Positions 49,555 to 61,079 of a stretch of DNA of 64,000 bases are shown piece after piece. How positions within the stretch are numbered: the first letter of the stretch is position 1; each line of letters begins with the position of its first letter. Made by a program: the position numbers and the translations under genes. The stretch spans positions 11,189,745 through 11,253,744 of the forward strand of contig NC_057749.1 of the NCBI RefSeq assembly GCF_004010195.1, in the 5' to 3' direction. Source of the DNA: Chiloscyllium plagiosum (taxonomy: Eukaryota). The notes under the pieces were generated by a model, which was given only the letters and a program-made list of their open reading frames with translations, had not been told where the DNA came from and did not search any database.

Positions 49555-52155
49555 CATAGAACATAACAGTGCAGTACAAGCCCTTCAGCCTATGATGTTG
49601 CACCAACCTGTGAAACCAATCTGAAGCCCATCAAACCTACACTATTCCTTTATCATCCATATGTTTATCCAATGACCATTTAAATGCCTTTAACTTTGGC
49701 GAGTCTACTACTGTTGCAGGCAGGGTGTTCATGCCCTTACTACTCTGAGTAAAGAACCTACCTCTGACATCTGTCCAATAACTGTCACCCCCTCAATTTA
49801 AAACTACGTCCCCTCGTGCTAGCCATCACTATCTGAAGAAAACATCTCTCACTATCCACCCTATTTAATCCTCTGACCATCTTTCGTGTCTCTATTAAGT
49901 CATCTCTCAATCTTCTTCTAATGAAAATAGCCTCAAGTCCCTCAGCCTTTCCTCGGAAGATCTTCCCTCCATACCAGGCAACATCCTGGTAAATCTCCTC
50001 TGCACCTTTTCCAATGTTTCCACATCCTTATATAATGCAGCGGCTAGAACTGTACACAATACTCCAAGAGCAGCCGCACCAGATTTTTGTACAGGTGCAG
50101 CATGACCTCATGGTTCCAAAACTCAATCCCTCTTCCAATAAAAACTAACACGGTACTCCTTCTTAACAACCTATCAACCTGGGTGGGCAACTTTCAGGGA
50201 TCTATGCACATGCACAGAGATCTCTCTGGCCATCCACACTACCATTAATCTTACCACTGGTTCAGTACTCTGTATTCCCGTTACTCCTTCCAAAGTGAAT
50301 CACCTCTCAGTTTTCCACATTCAATTCCATTTGCCACCTCTCAGCCAGCTCTGCAGTTTATCTACATCCCTTTGTAACCTGCAACATCCTTTGGTACTGA
50401 CCACAACTCCACTGACTTTCATATCACCCGTAAATTTACTAACCTATCTTTCTATGTCCTCTTCCAAGCCATTTATAAAAATGATAAACAGCAGTGGCCC
50501 TAAAACAGATCCTTGCGGTACACCACTAGTAACTGAACTTCAGGATGAACATTTCCCAGCAACCACTACCCTCTGTCTTCTTTCAGCTCGCCAATTTCTG
50601 ATCCAACCGCTAAATCACCCTCAATTCCATGCCTCTGTATTTTCTGCAAAAGCCGACCAGGAGGGACCTTATCAAACACTTTACTGAAATCCATTTATAC
50701 CATATCAACCGCTTTACCCTGATCCATCTGTTTGGTCACCTTCTTAAAGAATTCAAATAGATTTTTGAGATACGACCTACCCTTCTCAAAACAGTGTTGA
50801 CAATCCCTAATCAAATCATTCCTTCTAAATGATTATAAATCCTATCTCTCATAATCCTTTCCAACACTTTACCCACAACCGAAGTAAGGCTCACTGGTCT
50901 ATATCATTACCAGGGTTGTCCCTACTACCCTTTTTGAAGAAGGGTACAACATTTCCTATCCTCCAGTCTTCTGGCACTATTTCTGTACACAGTCTCAGCA
51001 TAAAGATCAAAGCCAAAGGCTCTGCAATGTCCTCCCTGGTTTCCCATAGAATCCAGGATAAATCCCATCCGGTCCAAGGGACTTATCTATTTTCACATTT
51101 TCCAGAATTGCTAATACCTCCTCCTTATGAACCTTAATCCCGTCTAGTCTAATAACCTGTTTCTCAGTATTGTCCTCAACAATATTGTCTTTTTTCTGTG
51201 TGAATACAGATGAAAAAAATATTCATTTAGCTTTTATCCTATCTCCTCCGACTCCATGCACAACTTCCCACTACTGTCCTTAACTGGCCCTAATCTTACT
51301 CAAGGAGAAAGTGAGGACTGCAGATGCTGTAGATCAGAGTCGAGAGTGTGGTGCTGGTAAAGCACAGCAAGTCAGGCAGCCTCAGAGGAGGAGAATCGAC
51401 GTTTCAGGTAAGAACCCTTCCTGATGAAGGATTCTTGCCCGAAACGTCAATTCTCCTGCTCCTCGGATGCTGTCTAACCTGCTGTGCTTTTCCAGCACTA
51501 CACTCTAATCTTGCTGTAGTCATTCTTTTATTCCTGACATATCTATAAGAAAACTTTAGGGTTTCCTTTGATCCTACCTGCCAATGACTTCTCATGTCCC
51601 CTCCTGACTCTTCTTAGCTCTCTCTTTATGTCCTTCCTGGCTAACCTGTAACTCTCAAGCACCCTAATTGAGCCTTCATATCTCATATTTACATAAGCCT
51701 CCTCCTTCCTCTTGACAAGAGATTCAACTTCTTTCGTAAACCACAACTCCTTCGCTCAACCACATCCCCCCTGCCTGCAGGTACATACTGACCAAGGACA
51801 CGCAATAGCTGTTCCTTGAACAAGTTCCACATTTCAATTGTGCCTATAACCTGCAGTATCCTTCCCCATCCTATGCATCCTAAATCTTGCCTAATTGCAT
51901 CATAGTTGCCTTTCCTCCAGCTATAACTCTTGCTGTGCATATATACCTATCCCTTTCTATCGTTAAAGTAAACGTAACCAAATTGTGGTCACTATCACCA
52001 AAGTACCCACTACCTCCAAATCTAACACGTGGCCAGATTCATTACCCAGTACCAAATCCAATGTGGCCTCGCCTCTTGTTGGACTATCTAATACTGTGTC
52101 AAGAAACCCTCCTGCACACAGTGGACAAAAACTGACCCATCACAAGTATTCAAAC
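49555..52155 (-). mobile_element. CR1 LINE in TM2D3 last intron
   Basis: Reverse complement of the family at 1926-3190; contains the 51304-51504 insertion. Confidence 0.85.
51304..51504. mobile_element. Short fold-back PLE insertion inside a CR1
   Basis: Inverted arms around 51417-51430; tail on the left; TSD CTAATCTT(A/G)CT at 51290-51300 and 51505-51515. Confidence 0.85.
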
Positions 52156-52157
52156 TA

Positions 52158-52720
52158 CAGAGGAACCTCGATTATCCGAAGTCCATGGGCAGGCAGGTTT
52201 TCATTCGGATAATTCATTATTCGGTTAATTGATTTGACCTTAAACAAAGGAAGCCGCGCTGCCTAGAAGTGCATTAAAAAGCATGTTTACAGAGTTTTTA
52301 TTTCACTCAATCGCTAAAATTTGTACAAACACTGGCTATCTTGTAACAGTGTATCTCCCAAAAATGCAATTGAATAAAGTTAGTGTCATTGATATCACGT
52401 AGTGCACCAGCTGCAGAACCAGAAGTAATGTGCCTGTTCTTGTTGCTGCTCCCCACTGCCCTGCAGGCCACGCCATTAGCTACTGGATGCCCAATCATCT
52501 CCCTTGCTGCTGGCCACCTCAGCTGTGTTGTTGACCAGTGCCTGAATCACCATTTTGCGATGGTAGTGGGGCAGCGAGTGTGCTGGCAGGCAATACACGG
52601 GTCAACAGTTTTGAAATCGATCTTCAGGGCAGCAGGATACTATACGATGTAAGGATTACAGAAGTTCTGCAGCATTGCTTGAAGTGATGTCACAAGCACT
52701 GGGACCATGTAGCTGTGAGT
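52158..52720. mobile_element. Tc1/mariner (Tigger/pogo-like) DNA transposon fragment with one TIR
   Basis: TA followed by CAGAGGAACCTCGATTATCCGA, identical to the TIR of 56990-57163. Extent of the internal sequence is uncertain. Confidence 0.55.
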
Positions 52721-52784
52721 ATGTTCTATGCAGTTGTAATACTAAATTTAAGCCCCTTTAAATTCCACTCAAAATTACACAGAC

Positions 52785-54405
52785 ATAGAAACATATGAAA
52801 TAGAAGCAGGAATAGTCCATTTGGCCCTTCAAGCCTATTCAGCTATTCATTACGAATTGGCTGATCTTTCAACTAGCCGAACCCCACTTTTCCCCCATAT
52901 CCTTTGACCCCTTTAGTTCCAAGTATTATATACAAATCCTTCTTGATATCATACAATGTTTGACATAGCCTCAAATTCATACAACCCATCTGTATTAGTC
53001 TTTAACTTCATATCCTCTTTGATGTATCTTCCTACCCATCTTTATGTCATCTCTAAACTTAGTTATCAGATCTTTGTTCCATTGTCTAAATTATTGACAT
53101 AAATTGTAAAAACTGAAGCTCTAGCACAGACGTTTGCAGAATTCCACTTGTCACATCCTGCCAATCAGAAAAAAGGCCCATTTATGTCTACTGTCTATTT
53201 TCTGCTAGCCAACATCCTATCCAGGTCTCTACACCACTGGCTTCTACTTTGTGCAATAACCTTTTTCTAAGTACAGAACATCAATGGGCTTACACTTAGC
53301 TATAGTGTATGTTCCTTCTTCAAAAAATTGGTTAAAACATGATTTTGCTTTCATAAAACCATACTGATTCTTCCTAGTTACCTTGAATTTTTCCCAAGTT
53401 CCCAGCTATAACCTCCCTCATGATCAATGTTGGTGTCTTCCCAACAATGCGACCCTTTCTTCAATCAGTATCCGAGTTCACTTCAGCCAGCTCAGCTTTC
53501 ATGCCCACATAGTTGCCCTTATTTAAGTTTAAAATGCTAGTCTTCAACACGTTCTTCTCCTTTATTTGAGGTAATCAGTGTATATAATCAATTAACTAAA
53601 AATTTTATTCAAAGGCTTAATTTCCTTTTTTATATCCTTTATTAATCTTAGGACAGGACTAATGGTAAGGTTCTAGGGAGTGTTGCTGAACAAAGAGATT
53701 TTGGAGTGCAGATTCATAGTTCCTTGAAAGTGGAGTCGCAGGGAGAAAGGATAATGAAGGCGGTGACATTTGGTATCCTTTCCTTTATTGCTCAGAGCAT
53801 AGAGTATAGGAGTTGGGAGGTCATGTTGCAGGTGTACAGACATCGGTTAGGCCACTTTTGGAATACTGTGTGGAATTCTGATCTCCCGCCTATTAGAAGG
53901 ATGTTGTGAAACTGGAAAGGGGTTAGAAAAGATTTACAAGGACGTTGCCAGGGTTGGAGGTTTTGAGTTATAGAGAGAGGTGGAACAGGCTGAGGTTGTT
54001 TTCCTTGGAGCGTTGGAGGCTGAGGGATGACCTTATAGAAATTTATAAAATCATGAAGGGTATGGACAGGGTAAATAGACAGGGTTTTTTCCCTCGAGTG
54101 GGGGAGTCCAGATCTAGAGGGCAGAGGTTTAGGGTCGGAGGGGAAAAATGTAAAAGGGCCCTAAAGAGCAACTTTTTCCACACAGAGGGTGGTGAGTGTA
54201 TGGAATGAGCTACCAGAGGAAGTGGTGGAGGCTGGGACAATTCTAATATTTAAAAGACATCTGGATGGATATATGAATGGGAAGGGTTTAGAGGAATTGG
54301 ACCCAAGGCTGGCAAATGGGACTGGATTAAGTTAGGATATTTGGTCATCACGGACAAGTTGGACCAAAAGATCTGTTTCCATGCTGTATGTTTCTATGGC
54401 TCTCT
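52785..54405. mobile_element. CR1 fragments (52785-53560 minus; 53650-54405 plus)
   Basis: LFSLERWRLRDDLIEIYKIMKG and typical 3' UTRs. Confidence 0.75.
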
Positions 54406-54437
54406 ACTAAGCAGTTAGCTTCTTTCCCTGAGTAAGA

Positions 54438-54645
54438 GGAGAAAGTGAGGTCTGCAGATGCTGGAGATCAAAGTTGAAACTTTATTGCTGGAACAGCACA
54501 GCAGGTCAGGCAGCATCCAGGGAACAGGAGATTCGACGTTTCGGGCACAGGATTCCTGAAGAAGGGCCTGTGCCCGAAACGTCGAATCTCCTGTTCCCTG
54601 GATGCTGCCTGACCTGCTGTGCTGTTCTAGCAATAAAGTTTCAAC
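54438..54645. mobile_element. Short, young fold-back PLE insertion
   Basis: Near-perfect ~78-bp arms; tail on the left; perfect TSD TTCCCTGAGTAAGA at 54424-54437 and 54646-54659. Confidence 0.9.
54551..54588 (+). ncRNA. Minimal type I hammerhead ribozyme motif (PLE-derived)
   Basis: GATTC-CTGAAGA-A-GGGC(CTGT)GCCC-GAAA-CG-TC-GAATC: intact core, 5-bp stem I, 4-bp stem II, palindromic ACGT in place of stem III. Activity and transcription not shown. Confidence 0.7.
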
Positions 54646-54685
54646 TTCCCTGAGTAAGAACCAATACTTGGAGGATGACTAAGAC

Positions 54686-54981
54686 TAGATTAGATTACAG
54701 TGTGGAAACAGGCCCTTCGGCCCAACAAGTCCACACCGACCCGCCAAAGCGCAACACACCCATACCCCTACATTTACCCCTTACCTAACACTACGGGCAA
54801 TTTAGCAGGGCCAATTCACCTGACCTGCACATCTTTGGACTATGGGAGGAAACCGGAGCACCCGGAAGAAACCCACGCAGACACGGGGAGAACGTGCAAA
54901 CTCCACACAGTCAGTCACCTGAGGCGGGAATTGAACCCGGGTCTCCGGCGCTGTGCTAACCACTGTGCCACCGTGCCGCCC
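54686..54981 (-). mobile_element. tRNA-derived SINE (HE1-like V-SINE)
   Basis: Same family as 27242-27526; A/B boxes and (TCTAA)n tail. Confidence 0.85.
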
Positions 54982-56989
54982 AAGTTGAGAAAAAAATCAC
55001 AAGCAAAACAGCATCACCCTCCCCTCCATACACAGTTCTTCTAATCAGCAAATTCTCAGCACTCTGTTCAAAGCCTTACTTAGTGTCAAGTCACACTAAG
55101 ATGCATGGCTTTATATATTTCTGAAAAGGAATGACTTGACCCCAGTTGCAGAACAAAACAGTTTCAACTGCTTTCCTTAATTACCTCACTTCAATTGCTC
55201 TTACAGTGGAGACTTTGTAAAACACAGTTTTGTAAACTTAGAATTGAAACAGTATTTTAATTAAATATTAAATAAACAAATTTCTTTTCTAAAATTAAGA
55301 GATTTAGACTCCCCATGCTCCAGAACCTGCCCAGCTGTAGCAAAGCTGTTCCAGTAATTCTAGAACACTGACATTATTAACAATATAGAACATTATCCAC
55401 ACATATCCTCTCATAAAAGACAAGACAAATCCAATCCGGCCAATTAAGATCCCAGTCTACTCTATTATCAGCAAAATGATGGAAGGGATCATCGACAATG
55501 TAAGATGGTTGTGATTGCTGGTGGTCAATCATCTCAGTCTCAAGACATCTTTGTAGAAGTTTGTCAGGGGAGAGTCCTGGACCCAACCATCTTCAGTTGC
55601 TTCATTAATTCCCTCTATTATAAAGTCAGAAGTAGGGGTATTCGCTCATGACTGCAGAATGTTTGGACACTTGCAACTCAGTTATTGGACCAGAAATAAC
55701 AATAGATTCAGCAAATATCACTATTGTAGCAAGAGCAGAGTTAGAGACTGAAAATTCTGTGACAAGTACTTCGCTTTTGATTCCCAAAGCCTGTCCAATA
55801 ACTAGAAGGCATAAAATTAGGAGTGTGATTTTGCATTTGCCTGGATGACTACAACGTCAACAACACAGAAGCTCAAAAGCAAACAATGCACTGTAACAAC
55901 TCATCAACGATCCCTTAAACAGCAGCTTCCAACATGCAACTTCTGCCACTAAGGACTGCAAATTCATAGGAACACCACCAATTGCAAGTTTCTCTCCGAG
56001 CATTTCATTCTAAATTGGAGCTACAGAAACAGTTTCTTTTTAAGTCACTCAGTCAATATCCTGGAACTCCAATAACAGGATTGTGGGTGTACCTACACTC
56101 TGTCGACTGCAGTGGTTGAAAAAGGCAATTATAATTAAGATATTTCAGGATAGGCAATAAATGTTAGCTTAAGCCAATAAAGCCCACATCTGTGAAAAAA
56201 TAAATAACATGTTTCAGATTATTTAAACTATCAAATGCTTCAATTGAGAGAAACTTTCCCCTCTAGTGGGAGAGTCCAAAACAAGGAAGGAAAACATTAT
56301 AAGAAGAGAGCAGCAATTCAAGAATCATGCCTGGAAGACTTCTTCACACAAATGGCAATGTAAGACAGCAACTCTGCCTAGAAAGCTACTGAAAATGTAA
56401 CCAAGTCAAATTCATAGATTTTTGAAAACCAAGTATCCACTGGGTCTTAGAACTGAGGTTACTAGATGGAGTTAGAAATTAGATCAACAATGACCGAAAT
56501 CAATGTCAGAACAGATCTGGGAGTCACTTTTATGAATTCACAGTTCAGAATTGCTGAATACATTCGGGATCTTGAAAAGTCCTATCAAATGATTGGAACT
56601 GATGAAATACAATAAATGACACAAATGCAGTGATTTCCATTAAAGAAATCTGCACCAATTCCAGAAATAACCATTATATGGTTAACATGAGACTCAACAA
56701 ATAGTTACTTTAAATCAATGTGTTCAGCAATGCTATAATACACCTCCAGGACAGGTCGGACTTGTACTCAAATCCTCTGGCCCAGAAGTTACCACTGTAT
56801 TACAACACCCCCAAGACTCAGGAAATATACTGAGCTCAATCACCTGAACGAACGACTGCACCTGGAACCAAGCCTTAATACCCATTAATTGTCTCTAGGA
56901 GCCACTACAGATGGAGAATGGGAGGAAAGAAAGGGCAGATTAGGTCATACAAATGAATAAATACTTCTTTGTGAAAGTGAAACTGTCTA

Positions 56990-57163
56990 CAGAGGAACCT
57001 CGATTATCCGACATTGATCATCCAAACATTGGATTATCCGGCAAGATTCCAAGGTCCCCGATGTTTGGCGAAACTATGTTATCCGGCATTCTGTTATCTG
57101 GAATTCGATTAACCGAACGAAATACTGCCCGCCAGTGTCCTTCGGATAATCGAGGTTCCTCTG
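56990..57163. mobile_element. MITE (Tc1/mariner superfamily)
   Basis: Perfect 22-bp TIR CAGAGGAACCTCGATTATCCGA; TA on both sides; 174 bp, non-coding. Confidence 0.9.
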
Positions 57164-57289
57164 TATAAGCTGTAGATAAGTACAGGGCATTATCATTCAA
57201 TTTAAAGCAAATGTTTTTGTGGTACCATTGTGGGTACTGAACATCACAACTGCCTGTCAGCATTTAACAATAGTATGAAAAAGCTTTAG

Positions 57290-57860
57290 AAAAGTTTTCA
57301 GATAGAAGCTTAAACGCCTCTCCTTCCTCAGACAGCTGAGGAAATTTGGCATGACGGCGAATACCCTTGCTAACTTTTAAAGGTGCACCCTCAAGAGCAT
57401 TCTGTCTGGATGTATCACTACCTGGTATGGCAACTGTACTGTTCAAGATCGGAGACAATTATAGAGAGTGGTGAACTCAGCTCGGACAATCACAAAGTCC
57501 AACCTCCCATCTACAGAATCCATCTACCAGGCCCGCTGTCAAGGAAAGGCCGCCAGCATTCTCAAAGATCCATCCCACTCTGGCAATGTTTTCCTACAAC
57601 CTCTACCATCAAGAAGAAGGTACAGAAGCCTGAATACATGCATCAGCCATGTTTCATAACAGTTTCTACCATACTGTTGTTAGAATATTGAATGGACTCA
57701 CAAACTCTTAACATTCCCCAATACCTGTGTTTTTGTTTTTGCCACTGTTTATCTATTATTTACTTATCTATGCTCCTTAACTATGTGATCTACCTGTATT
57801 GCTTGCAAGACAAAGCTTTTCACTGTGCCTCAATACACGTGACAATAAATTAAATTCAAT
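57290..57860 (+). mobile_element. Rex1/Babar-like LINE 3' fragment
   Basis: LRQLRKFGM...SILSGCITTWYGNC...SILKDPSHSGNVFLQPLPSRRRYRSL; (AATT)-rich tail. Confidence 0.7.
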
Positions 57861-57898
57861 TAAACCAAAAAATAACATATATCATCACAAGTTCTCAC

Positions 57899-57974
57899 CT
57901 CAGAGCTAATGCAGTTGACCACTTGTAACCTCCTGTCCAATTGCAATACATCTTCTTTTGAAATGTACGATTTC
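57899..57974 (-). CDS. TM2D3: TM2D3 penultimate exon
   Basis: cctcag acceptor, 76 nt, (G)NRTFQKKMYCNWTGGYKWSTALAL(S), gtgaga donor; phases 1/2 fit the neighbouring exons. Confidence 0.95.
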
Positions 57975-58224
57975 CTGAGGAACAATCATTTCATTCTGAG
58001 AATCAGACTTTACACATCAATTTCTCTCAGGTTAGCCTGCATCAATATGGTTGACAAATCATTGACAAAGGCATGCTTTACACTTAAAAAAAGTTAAATA
58101 AAATATATTATAGAATAACAGTCACAGAAACACACAGTCACCATCCACTTGTACAAAGCCTTCACATGACAGCTATCAGTTGCTCTAGTAACCATGTATA
58201 CATCACAGAAAACTAAACTGACAA

Positions 58225-60105
58225 ATCAGAAATTGCTGGAAAAACTCAGCAGGTCTGGCAGCACCTGTGGAGAGAATGCAGAGTTAATGGGTCCAGTGAT
58301 TATTTTTCAGAAGTGATTGTTGCTAGAAAAAGGTTGGTATATATGCTAGAGAAGGGATTTGGTAGTGGGGGTGGGGTTGGGGGTGGTGTGGAAGTGTAAA
58401 TGATAGGTGGAGATGAAGCCCAGATAGAAAGAAAAACACTTGGGCAGATAAAGGAATGTGTAAAAGGTCAGCCTGGGAAAATAAACAGCTGCTAATGGAA
58501 AACGACAGCAGCTGACAATGAGTTGTTTGTGCTAGCAGTCAATGTAATGACCATGCCTGGTGTAAGATGAGAGAAGATGCTCAGATTCTAAAATTATTGA
58601 ACATGATATGAGTTCAGAAGGTTGCAGAGTTCCCAATCAGAAAATGAGGTGGTGTTCTCCCAGGTTGCACTGAGCTTCGCTGGAGTACTATTGCAAGCTC
58701 TTTGTCTAGTCCCTTCCCACTTACATGCGCTTTATGCCAGTTTCAGAATTTCCAGTTTGTAGGCTCCAGCCACTACATCTTCACCATGGGTATGCAATCT
58801 CTTTTACATGTCCATCCCTTATCAAGCTGGTCTAAGGGCTCTCGTTTCTTCTTGGAAAAAAGGCCTGAACCATCCTCATCCACCACCACTCTCCTCCACT
58901 CAACCTCACTTTGAACTTATCCTTTACATCTTCCCACTTTCTTCAGGTCAAAGGGGTGGTCTTGGGTAGTGTATTGAGCCCAGCTATTCTGGTCATTTTG
59001 TCTCTCTCTCTCTCTCACACACACACACGCTGTGTCCCTCTCTGAACTTTGCTTCCAATTTCGAAGTTGCTGTCACCTTCACCGGATCCTCTCTTCTCTT
59101 CCTTGACATCTATTTCCACTTCAGGGGAGAGGCTGGCCATCAATATCCAAACTCGCTACCATGCGAATCAATATCTACCATAAAAGCTCACTGCCTCCCA
59201 CACAGTTACCTGAACTATACATCGTCACACCCTGCTTCCTGTAAAGACTCTTATTTCATTCTCCCAGGTCCTCCATTTCTGTCAATCTGTTCCGATGATG
59301 CCAATTTCGAGAAGGGTGCCTCCAAAATGATCACCTTCTTCCTCAACCAAGGATTCCCACCACCGTGATTGATGGTGCCCTCAGCCATGTCCGACCCATC
59401 TCCCATACTTCAGCCCTCATTCCCTTCACTTCCTCCCAAAACAGCGACAAGGTCCCCCTTGTTCTCACCTACCATCCCACCTGCATCTACATTCAAAGGA
59501 TCATTAGCTGCCATTTCCTCCACTAGCAGACACATATTCCCCTCCCGCCCCTTGTCATCTCTTTACCCCAACCTTCACACACCAGGCCCTGTCATCACAT
59601 GGACTGCCACCACAAAAAAATTTATTGTTAGCCAATAACAGTCCTCATTAGCAGCTGTTCATTCTTGCCAGCTGACCTTTACCCAGTTCTTTGTCTGCCC
59701 AACTGTTTTCCTCTGTATCGGGACTCCAACTCTGCCTATTGTTTACTCTTTTCCCCTCCCCCACCCCTTCTCGAACATATATAGAACAACCGCGATTATC
59801 CAAACGACACAGGCCAACAGTATTTGGTTCGGATAATCAAGTGTTCTGATCTGATGGCCGCTGGGATCGGCCCAAGCAAGGGGGCCTTGAGATTTTGTTC
59901 GGATAATTGATTTTCGGATAACGATGATTGTGCTGTATACCGATCTTTTCCTTGCGACAATCAGTTTCGAAGAGGAGTCACTGGACCTGAAACATTAATT
60001 CTGTTGTCTCTCCTTAGACACTGCCAAACCTGGTGAATTTTTTTCCAGCAATTTCTGATTTTGTTTCTGATTTCCAGTTCTTGCAGTTCTTTGATTTATT
60101 TTTGT
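58225..60105 (+). mobile_element. Decayed PLE with inverted 5' segment
   Basis: 58225-58700 is inverted relative to the 3' end; RT remnants are similar to the 5700-6400 element; AAAACTAAAC is duplicated at 58209-58218 and 60110-60119. Confidence 0.7.
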
Positions 60106-60514
60106 CCTTAAAACTAAACATACAAGTCAGCCAGTTTTTATCTCAAGTCTCTGTTGAATTAATTGACCTTAATGAACGGCACTGCTAAGTTTAGGATTGG
60201 TAATGATAGCTAGGGGAATCAAGGGGATAAAGCAAACTAGACATATGTCTTGCTGCCAGCATGACTACTATTTGTTCTAACTTTCTCAGCATAAAACTCA
60301 GCATGCCAGTTTTAAATTTATTTTCTGTATTTGTCTTAAAATTTTAATATCAACCCAAGTTATTCTGGGCTGTTTCTATCACATTATTCCAGTCAATAAA
60401 AAAGTGGAAACTAACTAGTTTCATTTGTAAGGACTGCCACAATTTAATCTCTCTCTCTCCATATATCTTTCTGAATACACTCACAACACCAACAGTCTAT
60501 AAAAGGTCACTTAC

Positions 60515-60689
60515 CAAGACAATGCACGTGCTCCAGAGCTGTGCAGTTGAAAATAAAATGTTTGCGTGGGCACTGCACCGTCTTGCATTTGGTCGTGTTT
60601 TTGCACCGGTATTCAGTAGGTGGCAGTTGCCAACAGAATTGACAGATCATTGCAATTTGAAATGTTTTCTGTTTCATCTTATTTTCATC
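60515..60689 (-). CDS. TM2D3: TM2D3 internal exon (Cys-rich extracellular region)
   Basis: cactcag acceptor, 175 nt, DENKMKQKTFQIAMICQFCWQLPPTEYRCKNTTKCKTVQCPRKHFIFNCTALEHVHCL(G), gtaagt donor. Cys spacing matches recalled human TM2D3. Confidence 0.93.
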
Positions 60690-61079
60690 CTGAGTGTGAA
60701 AACAGTATCATACAGAAACATGAGGTGAAAAATAATGATATAGAGGTTCCTATGAAGTCCCCAAGACCAAAAGAAATAGGAACAAAAGAAGGCTGTTCAG
60801 CCTCATCATTCAATTGCATCATGGCTGATCCAACACTCCTCACTTCCACTTTCTATCTTATTCTCATAACCCTTAATTCCTGAAACTGATCAAAAAACCA
60901 TCTATCTCAGTTTTAAATATACACAAGGACTTGGCCCCCACAGCATTCTTGCAAGGAGTTTCAAAGACTGTCAACCTGCAGAGAAAAAATTCCTCCTATC
61001 TCAGTCTTAAATTAGTTCTCAGACTCTGCCCTCTGGTCTCTGGTCTCCCATGAGGGGAAACATCCTAATCCTACACAGA

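Noticed and set aside
54900-54981. tRNA-like A/B boxes (also 27450-27526)
   Set aside because: SINE heads continuous with SINE body and tail, not tRNA genes.
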